From positions 545,237 through 609,236 of the forward strand of contig OZ246408.1 in assembly GCA_965231015.1 (NCBI GenBank): a DNA stretch of 64,000 nucleotides, written 5' to 3'. The stretch comes from an uncultured Gammaproteobacteria bacterium (GTDB taxonomy: Bacteria; Patescibacteriota; Patescibacteriia; UBA9934; CAZDDW01). The notes beneath the pieces are model-generated. The model was not told where the DNA came from, made no database searches, and saw only the letters and a list, made by a program, of their open reading frames with translations. This document shows, piece after piece, positions 19,672-29,329 of the stretch (position 1 is the stretch's first letter; every line of letters begins with the position of its first letter). The position numbers and the translations under genes were made by a program.

Positions 19672-20832
19672 TTAAAATTCTATGATTTCAGAATTTTTCA
19701 AAGCATTATTGACCAACAATTCAACATTGAGCTTTCCTTCTTCTTCACGAGCAACCCTGACTGATCCCTTGGTTACTGGATGGCGCGGCACAAACAAACT
19801 GCAGCAGTCACCGTGCGGAACAATGGATTGTTCGTATGTATTAATGGTCTTGGCTTCATTAATGATTTCATTCTTGTCCATACCGATTAACGGTCTAAGG
19901 ATTGGAATGGTCACCGCATCATTAATAGCGGCAATATTTTCAAGGGTCTGTGATGCAACTTGTCCTACCGCCTCTCCGGTAACGAGTGCTCTGGCTTTTT
20001 CTTTTTTGGCAACGGCTTCAGCTATGCGATACATAAACCGGCGATAAAGTACGACTCGATAGTCGCCTTTGGTTTCCTGAACAATTGCTTTTTGAATTTC
20101 AAGAAATGGAACAAGGTATAGCTTGGTTTTTATTTGCCATCCTGACAGTATTTCAGCTAATTCAACAACTTTATCAACACTGGCTCGATCGGTTTGGGGG
20201 CGCGAGTGAAAATGCACGAATACGACCTCACATCCGCGTTTCATGAGTCGCCAGCTAGCGACCGGAGAATCGATTCCTCCGGAGAGTAATGAAACGACTT
20301 TCCCGCTTGAACCAACCGGGAGTCCACCAAAAGCCCGGATCTTATCGGCAAAAACAAAAGCTTCTTGGTCGACAATCTCAATTTGAATTTCAAGATCCGG
20401 GTCTTTGATCTTCACTTTTTTATCATCGGAGTTATCCAGAATATAAGCCCCGACTTCCCGACTGACTTCCATGCTGTTCATGGGAAAAAGCTTGTTGGAG
20501 CGTCGGGTGGTCACACGGAAGGTGTCCCAGTCTAAATTTTTTGCAAAGTTCAGAGCCACTGCTTTGATTTCATCGAATTTGGCCTTGGTCTTAACGGCTG
20601 GTGAAAAATGGGACACCCCAAAAACCCGACGAAGCTGCTCGATGATTTGCTCCAGTTTTGGTTTTGACCCGAGCTCAATCAAGATTCGTCCAGCAATTCG
20701 ATTGACCGATTTGATACCAGTTCCTTTGAGGGAGTGTTTGATGTTGTTGATTAATTGGTCCTCAAAACGTTTTCGGTTTTTACCTTTTAATCCGATTTCA
20801 GCGTAGTGAACAATAAAATGAGTTGGCTTCAT
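19672..20832 (-). CDS. thiI: tRNA 4-thiouridine synthase ThiI
   Basis: THUMP-like N-terminus, PP-loop SGGIDSPVA. Confidence 0.9.
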   Translation of the reverse strand: MKPTHFIVHYAEIGLKGKNRKRFEDQLINNIKHSLKGTGIKSVNRIAGRILIELGSKPKLEQIIEQLRRVFGVSHFSPAVKTKAKFDEIKAVALNFAKNLDWDTFRVTTRRSNKLFPMNSMEVSREVGAYILDNSDDKKVKIKDPDLEIQIEIVDQEAFVFADKIRAFGGLPVGSSGKVVSLLSGGIDSPVASWRLMKRGCEVVFVHFHSRPQTDRASVDKVVELAEILSGWQIKTKLYLVPFLEIQKAIVQETKGDYRVVLYRRFMYRIAEAVAKKEKARALVTGEAVGQVASQTLENIAAINDAVTIPILRPLIGMDKNEIINEAKTINTYEQSIVPHGDCCSLFVPRHPVTKGSVRVAREEEGKLNVELLVNNALKNSEIIEF

Positions 20833-20837
20833 AGGCT

Positions 20838-21944
20838 TTAGTGTTCGTAAAGTTCAGTACCTGGGAAGTGGGCCACCCAACAAAACCAATAGCTTGGGGT
20901 CGTGATGATTTCTTTGAGTTGAACGCCTGCCAGTTCCCCATCCAGACCAAATCCATAGAAGCTCCAAACAGTACCGGTTTGTTCATCCATGAGCAGATCT
21001 CCGTTCCATTTAAATGTGAGAGTTTGGTTATCCACAACTCGCGAAAAAGTGCGGGTTGTCAAAAAATCTTTGTCATGCATGATCACGATTTTCAGGTCTT
21101 TCACCGTATCATTAATGACTGTTTCCAGGCTTATTTGATCCATACTCCAAGCTTTTGCATATTGAGTTCCCTGATGGAAACCAAGCACCATATCCTTGAT
21201 GGCCAGCCTGGTGTCGACGTGGTGTAAAGGAAAACGGATATCTGTATTTTCATAATATTCCCAGTATGGATCCATGGTGTAGTCGCGCTCGGCTCCGGTG
21301 TTACGGTTCAGGGCATAACCGTTCGGGTATTGACTCTTGAAAGCTTCCCAGTTTATTAGTGTGGCTGGGCGTTGTTCAAGCTCGAGTCCCGGCTCGTTTC
21401 CTTTGATCTGTATTCCGAAAATTTGTGACCAGTAAGAATTATCTTCGTGTGAATACATGACTAGGTTGTTTTCATAAAGACTGCCCGTGGTTCCAAATGT
21501 CGTTTCTCCTCGTTCATATACGGCAACGCTGTGGCAAAGTGGGCAATATGTAACAGCAAGGTTGATGCCGTCTAAGTCATCATTAACGATTTCGTGCCAG
21601 GACATAATCTGAAAAGAAAAGAAAAGCGGTTCTTCTCCATCCGTCACCGCGATTCCAAGGCCGCTATCACTTAAATAAGTATCAGCCATTCCAATAGAAT
21701 CGTAGTGCGGATCGTTAATCGCTGGAATGGCATCCTGACTTGTAACTTGGGTGATTCTTTCAGGCAGAACAATCAATTGATCGCCATCTTTTTCTCGTTG
21801 ATCTTCCAAAAGTGAACTAACGCCACGGGTGACCACGGTTTCTACCGGCTTAGGAATCATCTGGTATAACCAAAATTGGTATCCAATGATACCAAGGCTG
21901 GCCAAAACAACTAATATAATTCCAATGATGCTTGTTTTGTTCAT
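20838..21944 (-). CDS. DUF3179-like membrane-anchored protein (CPLC motif)
   Basis: Start at MNKTSIIGIILVVLASLG; internal TYCPLCHS motif. Confidence 0.45.
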   Translation of the reverse strand: MNKTSIIGIILVVLASLGIIGYQFWLYQMIPKPVETVVTRGVSSLLEDQREKDGDQLIVLPERITQVTSQDAIPAINDPHYDSIGMADTYLSDSGLGIAVTDGEEPLFFSFQIMSWHEIVNDDLDGINLAVTYCPLCHSVAVYERGETTFGTTGSLYENNLVMYSHEDNSYWSQIFGIQIKGNEPGLELEQRPATLINWEAFKSQYPNGYALNRNTGAERDYTMDPYWEYYENTDIRFPLHHVDTRLAIKDMVLGFHQGTQYAKAWSMDQISLETVINDTVKDLKIVIMHDKDFLTTRTFSRVVDNQTLTFKWNGDLLMDEQTGTVWSFYGFGLDGELAGVQLKEIITTPSYWFCWVAHFPGTELYEH

Positions 21945-21954
21945 GGTTAAACAA

Positions 21955-22185
21955 TTATAAATCGAGTTTGTTTTTGAGCTTTTCCTCGTCAAAACCAACC
22001 ATTATTTCTCCGTCGATTTCGATTTGTGGCACCACCATCTGTCCTGATTTCTTCATAAGTTCCTCGCCAGCGGCCTGGTCAGTAGCTAAATCGATATCCT
22101 CAAATTCGACATTGTTCTTGGTTAGAAATTCCTTGGCCATTTTGCAGTATGGGCAGGTTGGAGTTGAATATACTTTTACCGTCAT
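21955..22185 (-). CDS. glutaredoxin-family protein
   Basis: 76 aa, CPYC active site. Confidence 0.8.
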   Translation of the reverse strand: MTVKVYSTPTCPYCKMAKEFLTKNNVEFEDIDLATDQAAGEELMKKSGQMVVPQIEIDGEIMVGFDEEKLKNKLDL

Positions 22186-22195
22186 AGTTTTTTTG

Positions 22196-23692
22196 TTAAA
22201 ACTTACGGATTAATTCTAACATGGTTCGAACACCCACTCCAGTTGCCCCGTGTTGGTAATACGCTGTTAAGGGTTTTTCTGCGTAAGACGGTCCGGCAAT
22301 GTCTAAGTGGGTCCATGGGGTTTTATTAACGAACTTTTCTAAAAACAGAGCTGCTTTGGTTGCCCCGGCCTCACGGCCACCTAAGTTATTCATGTCTGCT
22401 ACCTTTGATTCAAGTCGCTTTCGAAAGCGATCATCATCAAGTGGCAATTCCCACATTTTTTCTCCGGCCAGGTCACAGGCTTCAAATAGCTTGTTAAGTA
22501 AGGTGTCATCATTTCCCATCACCCCAGTACGGTTTTCACCAAGCGCGACAATAACCGCCCCGGTTAGCGTGGCCAGGTCAACAATGGCATCCGGTTTTTG
22601 TTTTACTGCATATGAAAGCGAATCGGCCAAGGTAACCCGACCCTCGGCATCAGTATTTTGAATCTCAATAGTTTTACCGTTCATGGCGGTTACAATATCA
22701 CCCGGCCGAATCGAGTTTCCACCAGGCATGTTTTCACACGCGGCAAAAATTCCATCAACCGCAATTTTTGGCTTCAGCGCATGTAGGGCGGAAAAAACAC
22801 CTAGCACCGTGGCACCACCGGCCATATCAATTTTCATTTGTACCATTCCCTCAGCCGGCTTCAGAGAAAGTCCACCAGAATCAAAGGTAATGGCTTTTCC
22901 AACAAGTGACAGTTTCTTTTTGCTGTTTGGTGGATTGTATGAAAGATGCACCATATATGGTTCTGCGTGTGATCCTTGCGCAATCGATAAGAAAGCTCCA
23001 GCCTTCATGGTCTCGAGACGAGCTCGATCCATAACCTTACATTTGATCACTCCTTTGCTATTTTTGGCAATTTCTTTGGCCGCGGCCACCATGTCCTCCG
23101 GTTTCATAAATTGAGCAGGAGTATTAACGAGGTTCTGGGCAACTACTGTTCCGGCCGCCATGATTGATCCAAGTTCAATTCCCTTTTGAGCACCGCGTAC
23201 GGTTGGCATTCTCCGAGTCATAATAATAAACTGCTCGATCTTGCTTTTCTTTTTCTTGTTTTTATAAGCGTCAAATTCGTAGGCGGCAAGGTATACTCCT
23301 TCGGCCATAGCTTGTCCTGATTCAGCCGGCTTCAAGCCACCCCAACCAGCTCCGTGTAAAATTGTAACGATTTTTTTAAGACCGAGCTTTTTAGCGGCAT
23401 TAAAAGACACAGCTGTAGCTTCACGAACTGCTTCCATATCAAACTTGTCTTTTTTACCAAGCCCAACCACCATGACACGTTTGGCTGGGATCAAACCTTC
23501 GGTACGAATCAAAATTGATTCCCCACTTTTCCCTTTAAAACCTTCCTCTTTCCAGATTTTTTTTATGAGTCCGTCTGTGGCCTCATTCACGGCTCCAGTG
23601 GCTCCGCCAGGCTCGGTTCCTTCAAATTCATTAATAACCAGAAGATCACATTTTTCTTCGGTTAAATCACCTTTTTGCACGATAATTTCCAT
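22196..23692 (-). CDS. pepA: leucyl aminopeptidase (M17)
   Basis: NTDAEGRVTLAD signature, 498 aa. Confidence 0.9.
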   Translation of the reverse strand: MEIIVQKGDLTEEKCDLLVINEFEGTEPGGATGAVNEATDGLIKKIWKEEGFKGKSGESILIRTEGLIPAKRVMVVGLGKKDKFDMEAVREATAVSFNAAKKLGLKKIVTILHGAGWGGLKPAESGQAMAEGVYLAAYEFDAYKNKKKKSKIEQFIIMTRRMPTVRGAQKGIELGSIMAAGTVVAQNLVNTPAQFMKPEDMVAAAKEIAKNSKGVIKCKVMDRARLETMKAGAFLSIAQGSHAEPYMVHLSYNPPNSKKKLSLVGKAITFDSGGLSLKPAEGMVQMKIDMAGGATVLGVFSALHALKPKIAVDGIFAACENMPGGNSIRPGDIVTAMNGKTIEIQNTDAEGRVTLADSLSYAVKQKPDAIVDLATLTGAVIVALGENRTGVMGNDDTLLNKLFEACDLAGEKMWELPLDDDRFRKRLESKVADMNNLGGREAGATKAALFLEKFVNKTPWTHLDIAGPSYAEKPLTAYYQHGATGVGVRTMLELIRKF

Positions 23693-23716
23693 AAAAACGT
23701 TGGTTACTTTTCTTGA

Positions 23717-23760
23717 GTGCTAAGCTTAGCGTAAAAATGCTTAATAATCAAGAGAACCGA
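23717..23760 (-). terminator. terminator hairpin after the AlkD-like gene
   Basis: gaaccgacc-agaaa-ggtcggttc perfect 9-bp stem (minus orientation) followed by T-rich tract. Confidence 0.5.
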
Positions 23761-23774
23761 CCTTTCTGGTCGGT

Positions 23775-24485
23775 TCATGACATGGCCTGTTTCTTTTTTT
23801 TCTGTGGCATCTTCTCGATCGCGTACCGCAGAGCCGTGCGCGGCATTCTGTCTTTGTATTTCATAACAAAGTCAAAAACCTCTTTTTGATTATGCTCAGC
23901 TGTAGTTTTTAACATCCAGCCATATCCTTTTTGAACCAAATCGTCCTGATTCATCATTAGTTTGTCTGCCACCCAAAAAACATCTTTCCGTACGTCTCGA
24001 GCCTTTTGAATCGGGCCAATAAAACTAACGGCCGCTGCTCTTTTAACCCATCGGTTTCGAGACTTTACGTAAGCTCTGACTTTTGGAATCAGACTCGGAT
24101 ACCGAGATAAAAGCTCGCTCATGGCATGAGTGCAAAACGTATCAACCAGGGCCCAATTGGTCAGGTAGTTCTTTACGATCTTGTCGAAAAATTTGAAATC
24201 GGATTCAGTGAACTCTTTTTTCCGACGATAGATCCAGTCAAAACCAATGATCGCCTCCTCGTTCATATTCGATTTAATCAATTCTTCTGCCAAATCAAAC
24301 ACTTCTTGCTTACTCAAGTGTTTTATCTTGGCATACGCTTCGCTTCCGATTGTTTTAACATGAGGTGATCGAACACCCCAGCATTTAATGGGTTCCTTAT
24401 AAAAACGAATAGCACCATCTCGATACGGAATGTCGACATGTTTCTTAAGTTCTTTTCGAACGTCAGAAATGGTTTTAGTAGCCAT
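23775..24485 (-). CDS. DNA alkylation repair protein (AlkD-like HEAT-repeat glycosylase family)
   Basis: NWALVDTFC and RWVKRAAAVSFI resemble AlkD NNWDLVDS / QWKRRASALSLL motifs. Confidence 0.65.
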   Translation of the reverse strand: MATKTISDVRKELKKHVDIPYRDGAIRFYKEPIKCWGVRSPHVKTIGSEAYAKIKHLSKQEVFDLAEELIKSNMNEEAIIGFDWIYRRKKEFTESDFKFFDKIVKNYLTNWALVDTFCTHAMSELLSRYPSLIPKVRAYVKSRNRWVKRAAAVSFIGPIQKARDVRKDVFWVADKLMMNQDDLVQKGYGWMLKTTAEHNQKEVFDFVMKYKDRMPRTALRYAIEKMPQKKKKQAMS

Positions 24486-24756
24486 GTTCGATTAGCCAAT
24501 CAACTGCTTCCGCGGCTTTTTCAATTGCTTTATCGTACCGCCCTTGCTGATAAAGTTCGCTAGATTCTAAGTAAAGTGCCTCTGATTCAGACACGTCCTC
24601 TCCAGCTCGCAGGGCCGGTCCTTGGTGAGTCGTAAATTCAACCGTGAGTTCGCGGTATCGATCAGACTGGGCATCAGTTGGTTGTGGGGTGTTTGAGCAC
24701 CCAACACCGGTCAATACTAGAGTTAAGATCAGAGCGATAAAAACTTGTTTGATCAT
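24475..24756 (-). CDS. small lipoprotein
   Basis: Lipobox LTGVGC after signal peptide; 93 aa. Confidence 0.45.
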   Translation of the reverse strand: MIKQVFIALILTLVLTGVGCSNTPQPTDAQSDRYRELTVEFTTHQGPALRAGEDVSESEALYLESSELYQQGRYDKAIEKAAEAVDWLIEHGY

Positions 24757-24761
24757 AGAAT

Positions 24762-25643
24762 TTAGTTTAATGATTCCGACAATGAATCCTCATCTTCTTG
24801 ATACTCACAATAACAATAATCAGTATCACCGTCTTCGCACTCTGCAATTGAAAAGGCACCTGTTTCTTGCTCGCCCTCTGCTTCACAACGCCCATTGAAA
24901 AAACCAACACTCTGGCAAGACTGCTGACACGCTTCAGCTGTATCAAAGACATGCGAATCTTTTAAATTTGTACAGTCTTGACCGTCAGAGCGAAAATAAT
25001 CCCACTCTTCACAAATGCGAATTTTTGAAAGATAACAATAAGAAACAGTGCCTTCCCGGGTTTCCACGGACATTGTTTCGTATCCTTTGTCTTGGCAGTA
25101 AACTGATGCCGGGTTGGCCATTGAGGTTGAGTCTGAATCAACAACATTGTCTGTATATCCACAATAAACAGTAATATCTGTAGAGTTTTCTATCAGGTTA
25201 CCTAATTCGTCTGCGATAGATTGCGTCTCAACTACGCAAGCCAAATTATCATCCAAATATCCGCTTTGAGCACTAACCGTTCCGGCTGAAACATTGTAGA
25301 CATCAAGATTAAACAAGGCGTTGATGAAAAAGTTTTCCACGGCCCTAGCGTCAACTTCGGCCGCTCCGGTGGTTTTGGTGACGTATCCGTTTAAGGTCAT
25401 TTCATTAATGACCATTTCCTCTCGGATATTCCAATTAAAAGTAACCTGTGTTGGGATTGAGAAATCAAGTCCGGTTTGAGCCTCCATTTCTTCCATAATA
25501 AACTTAATTTCTGCAAAATCGTCAGCTGGTACCTTAGTGTCTTCCGGGTCATCAATGGTTTTGCGATTCTGCCACACCATAAAAGATATTACGGCCAGAA
25601 TGAGGATGCCAATGATTAAAATGAATCTATAAGGATGGTTCAT
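24762..25643 (-). CDS. membrane-anchored secreted protein with Cys-rich acidic C-terminal domain
   Basis: N-terminal TM; 14 Cys in last 110 aa. Confidence 0.5.
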   Translation of the reverse strand: MNHPYRFILIIGILILAVISFMVWQNRKTIDDPEDTKVPADDFAEIKFIMEEMEAQTGLDFSIPTQVTFNWNIREEMVINEMTLNGYVTKTTGAAEVDARAVENFFINALFNLDVYNVSAGTVSAQSGYLDDNLACVVETQSIADELGNLIENSTDITVYCGYTDNVVDSDSTSMANPASVYCQDKGYETMSVETREGTVSYCYLSKIRICEEWDYFRSDGQDCTNLKDSHVFDTAEACQQSCQSVGFFNGRCEAEGEQETGAFSIAECEDGDTDYCYCEYQEDEDSLSESLN

Positions 25644-26757
25644 ATTGCAAAATGTTATATTCGAGAATTTTTATAAGTCCTAAAACAGTATGTTGGGCAT
25701 AATCGATTCTTTGTTTTTGGTTGCTTATGGAGTGTTGCCAGCCGCCGTTGTCGGTTTGCAGAGCCAGAAGATAGTTCAGGGCCAATCGAATCGAGTCAGA
25801 ATACCTTGATTGTCGAGCCTTATCCCCAACGGTTTCCGCAAGCTTATAAGCTTCAACCAGAGCCTCAACCATACTTGCCGTGGCAATTCTTGGATCATCC
25901 TTGCTAAAAGCCCCAAGTAAGGCCAGGTCGTTTGAGACTGTTATTTGTTCATTTTCGACTATCCAATCGTTCATGTCAAATACAAAATTCACCACCTCGA
26001 AATCTTGGGTTGCCTCAAAAAGTAACAACCCCATCTGACTTTGCCACGGCACGAACGCCGTGCTCTTATTTTCGACCCAATAATCACGATAGTACGTAAA
26101 TGCTTTTTGAACACTTTCAAGGTATTGAGAATCATTGGTTTGGTCGTAAGCCATCATTAAAGCGAGCATGGCTTCACCAGGGTAATAATCTTGGCCGTAG
26201 AGTAGATCCGAATCAAATTCTGGTCGGTATGATCCGTCTTCGTTTTGCAGCTCGAGAATACCGTTAGTATACAACCGGATTTCCTCTTCCCTGCTTGAGT
26301 CATTGAGATGGAAGAGATCGATTACAAGAAAAGCATTCATGGCAAGTTCAGCCTTTTCAAAATCAAGATAGCAGTAGTCATTATTACAACTCGACTCTTC
26401 AAGATAAAAGTCCAGTGTCTTTTTGATTGGGGCTGAAAGCTCGTCCTTGCCAACAGAGCGAACGAGTTCGATCATGGACCAAACCGAAGCCAGTTCTCGA
26501 ATCTCATTGTCCTCGTCTGAGAATGATTCAGTGGTTGGGTCAAACTCATATTCAAGCTGTCCTGTCTCTTGATTAATCATAAACTCGAACCAGTCCGCGG
26601 TTCGTTCTATTCTAGGAGCAAGATCCGAGTCTGAATAATCAAGCTCAAGGTCACTGGCTCGATAATACGGTCCATCCCAAACGATGAAATATAAAAAACC
26701 AAGCAGATATACCACCAGGCTGATTCCCAAAATGAAAATGATTCGCAAACCTCGCAT
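25627..26757 (-). CDS. membrane-anchored protein with prenyltransferase/terpenoid-cyclase-like QW repeat
   Basis: QTDNGGWQ motif near C-terminus; N-terminal TM. Confidence 0.45.
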   Translation of the reverse strand: MRGLRIIFILGISLVVYLLGFLYFIVWDGPYYRASDLELDYSDSDLAPRIERTADWFEFMINQETGQLEYEFDPTTESFSDEDNEIRELASVWSMIELVRSVGKDELSAPIKKTLDFYLEESSCNNDYCYLDFEKAELAMNAFLVIDLFHLNDSSREEEIRLYTNGILELQNEDGSYRPEFDSDLLYGQDYYPGEAMLALMMAYDQTNDSQYLESVQKAFTYYRDYWVENKSTAFVPWQSQMGLLLFEATQDFEVVNFVFDMNDWIVENEQITVSNDLALLGAFSKDDPRIATASMVEALVEAYKLAETVGDKARQSRYSDSIRLALNYLLALQTDNGGWQHSISNQKQRIDYAQHTVLGLIKILEYNILQYEPSL

Positions 26758-26758
26758 A

Positions 26759-26929
26759 TTATTTTATGGGGATTTCTAACCAGAAGGTGCTCCCTTTTCC
26801 CTCTTGACTCTTAAAACCAATATCACTATTGTGAAACTCCACCATTCGTTTAGACAAATGCAAACCAATTCCCAATCCATCAGGATTAACCGTTCTGACA
26901 TTGGAACCGCGATAAAACACATCGAAGAT
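26759..26929 (-). pseudogene. histidine kinase HATPase_c C-terminal fragment (F box, G2 box only), in frame with upstream PAS ORF across a TAA stop
   Basis: Translation KIFDVFYRGSNVRTVNPDGLGIGLHLSKRMVEFHNSDIGFKSQEGKGSTFWLEIP; HisKA, N box and G1 box absent. Confidence 0.65.
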
Positions 26930-26932
26930 TTT

Positions 26933-27547
26933 TTACTGTTCAGCTTTTGGTATTCCCAAGCCTTGGTATTCAGGTAGATAAAAACTCACGTGTTCGTGAA
27001 GACCAGGAATCGGTTGACCGGGTTTGATTTCTACAATATCATAAGTCCCTTTTGTCCAAGTGGCTTTACCAGTGGCAAGATCCATTTTCCAACCACTGAT
27101 CTTAGCAATTTTTTTAACCTTACGAAGCAGTTCTTGTTTTTCAGATAATTGTTTCTCTGTTTCTTTACGTTTAGAAATATCACGCGCTGAATCCCACATG
27201 TAAAGTGGATTTTTATTTTTGTCAAAAACAGTGAAAGAACTTAAAATGGTTCCGTTCTTTTTGACATACCCTTTTTCATAAATGCCGCTGTACCCGTTTT
27301 TCTTCAGTCGTTTTTCCACGATCTCATTCATTTCCCACTGATGCCATTTTTTTAGAGCTATCTTTAAAAAGTTTAAACCAATTATTTCCTTTTTTGGATA
27401 TCCGACGATTTTTACAAAAGCTTTGTTAACGTTAGTAGTGTTACCCTCCAGGTCGATCATAACAAAACTGTCTCGGAAGTTCTCGAACATTTCCTTGTAT
27501 CTTGTTTCACACACACCCGGACACTTATGAGCTTGCTTTTTGGGCAT
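26933..27547 (-). CDS. PAS-domain protein (sensor remnant of a decayed histidine kinase)
   Basis: 204 aa, PAS-fold motifs (…KAFVKIVGYPKKEIIGLNFLKI…); terminates at in-frame TAA followed by kinase fragment. Confidence 0.6.
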   Translation of the reverse strand: MPKKQAHKCPGVCETRYKEMFENFRDSFVMIDLEGNTTNVNKAFVKIVGYPKKEIIGLNFLKIALKKWHQWEMNEIVEKRLKKNGYSGIYEKGYVKKNGTILSSFTVFDKNKNPLYMWDSARDISKRKETEKQLSEKQELLRKVKKIAKISGWKMDLATGKATWTKGTYDIVEIKPGQPIPGLHEHVSFYLPEYQGLGIPKAEQ

Positions 27548-27549
27548 GA

Positions 27550-27807
27550 TTAGACTCGTGACTTATCAAGGTGTAGGTAGAATATGACTTTGGTGTAATA
27601 GTCTAGACCCAAATAAATTAACGCGGAAGTAAAATTTGTAATTACACCTGTTCCTTCCGGGGCTAGAATGAAGATAATCGGAAAAAATGACCAACCAAAC
27701 ATAATATAGGGCAGAGCCAATTTGTTGTTTTTATTACCCTTGTCTTGGAACAGTAATTTTATTTGAAGAATGTAATAGATACACCCAAGGCCAAAAATGA
27801 TCCACAA
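27550..27807 (-). CDS. small hydrophobic ORF (possible frameshifted tail of the upstream transporter or independent small membrane protein)
   Basis: 85-aa ORF, 2-3 TM segments. Confidence 0.25.
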   Translation of the reverse strand: MWIIFGLGCIYYILQIKLLFQDKGNKNNKLALPYIMFGWSFFPIIFILAPEGTGVITNFTSALIYLGLDYYTKVIFYLHLDKSRV

Positions 27808-27906
27808 ATGAGCAATGAGATTAATCCGAAAATATGAACTGATTGGATTGTAAAAAAATCCATAAGAGGTCTGATTAATGATATTATAGCAAAAAAAGTG
27901 GTAAAT

Positions 27907-29310
27907 CTAAAGGAATTGGTTGATAATAACAAAGCCGCTGAAAAATCCAAAGAACACGAAAATTCCGGCTAGTATTATCCTTCTTAAAACGGTTGGTTGG
28001 TAGGCCTTGGGTAAAGCTCTAAAGTTCAAGACCGAGACTAAACCAATATGAACGAACATGGCTACGGCATTAATTACTGCCCCAAGTACCAAGAGTGATT
28101 TTGGTTCAGAAATTCCAAAAGCAAACAGAATTATCCCGAACGCAATTTGAGCCCACAAAAAGATGTAGTAAATCTTTGAGAGTTGAATTTTATTATTTCC
28201 AGTTCTTTTAGTCTGAACAATAGCAGCATTTTCGGCCATAATGCGAGAGGTTGAGTCCATGACACCAAGTTGGGTCTGAAAAAGCATGACAGCTACGACT
28301 AACAAGAATGCTGCACCGATTGCCGGGCCAAGTATGGAGCCTATGACCATACCCTCATTGATCACAAACTGAATTCCCTCTGCGTTGCTTTCCATGCCTG
28401 CGGTTGTCGTATGAGCCAAAAGCATTAGAAGCAAGATGGAGACAGCCCCAATGAACCAGAACACGATTGCATGTTCTGTACTTATGCGGCGCCACCAGAT
28501 TCTAAAATAACTAATATCCTGCTTTGATTCGCTTGCGGTTACTCCTTCAAGCCTAATTTTTTGGACTACACCGTCAGCTCGAAACAGGCCAGCCAAACGC
28601 TCGGCGTACTTCCCCATCCCATATCCCTTCTCTTTCACATAAATCGATTGGGTCAAGTTTAAGTTTCCTCCGGCTCCAGAATAGGCAAACGCAGCCAAGA
28701 AAGTGGCTAAAACAATTCCCTCGGGTAAGAAACTGTATTCGTTGCCTTGCCCGATAATTCCTGAAGCAAGTGCTGCCCAGTCGGCTTGTGTTGCAACAAC
28801 AATCGCCAGAATAAACACCAATGGCACTCCGATTAAAATGATTGATCTTGTTAGACTCTCCATCAAACCGTAAACCGTTTTTCCAGAGCTAAGAATTAAT
28901 CCGATCACGATCAGGAACAAGATAGCGGTCGCTGTGTAGTAGTTTTCCAGACCAACAAGAGTTGAGAATACATGAGCTGAAGCCGCAATAATTCCCGGAA
29001 GTCCAAAGCCGATAAAGGTTGATAGGATAAACCAAAAAGGTGCCGCTTTTAAGTACTTGGCGATTCCAACAAAGACACTCTCGCCCTTAACAAGCGCGTA
29101 TCTTTCAATTTCCATATTAATAAAATATTGAAAGGTGATTCCAAGTACAGCCCCCCAAGCAATACCAAGCCCATAGTTTGAAGCTAAATATGGCCACAGA
29201 ATAACCTCGCCCGAACCCAAACCAAGAGCCAAAATAATAAAACTTGGTCCTATAAGTTTCTTAAGCCGGATTGGTTTTGGAAAAGGTTTTGTTGTGGTCG
29301 ACTTTGGCAT
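27907..29310 (-). CDS. Nramp-like (MntH-related) membrane transporter, ~11 TM
   Basis: GPSFIILALGLGSGE…YGLGIAW region parallels Nramp GPGFL…DPGN…YGY..LW block; assignment tentative. Confidence 0.45.
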   Translation of the reverse strand: MPKSTTTKPFPKPIRLKKLIGPSFIILALGLGSGEVILWPYLASNYGLGIAWGAVLGITFQYFINMEIERYALVKGESVFVGIAKYLKAAPFWFILSTFIGFGLPGIIAASAHVFSTLVGLENYYTATAILFLIVIGLILSSGKTVYGLMESLTRSIILIGVPLVFILAIVVATQADWAALASGIIGQGNEYSFLPEGIVLATFLAAFAYSGAGGNLNLTQSIYVKEKGYGMGKYAERLAGLFRADGVVQKIRLEGVTASESKQDISYFRIWWRRISTEHAIVFWFIGAVSILLLMLLAHTTTAGMESNAEGIQFVINEGMVIGSILGPAIGAAFLLVVAVMLFQTQLGVMDSTSRIMAENAAIVQTKRTGNNKIQLSKIYYIFLWAQIAFGIILFAFGISEPKSLLVLGAVINAVAMFVHIGLVSVLNFRALPKAYQPTVLRRIILAGIFVFFGFFSGFVIINQFL

Positions 29311-29329
29311 TAATCTATTTTACCACAAG

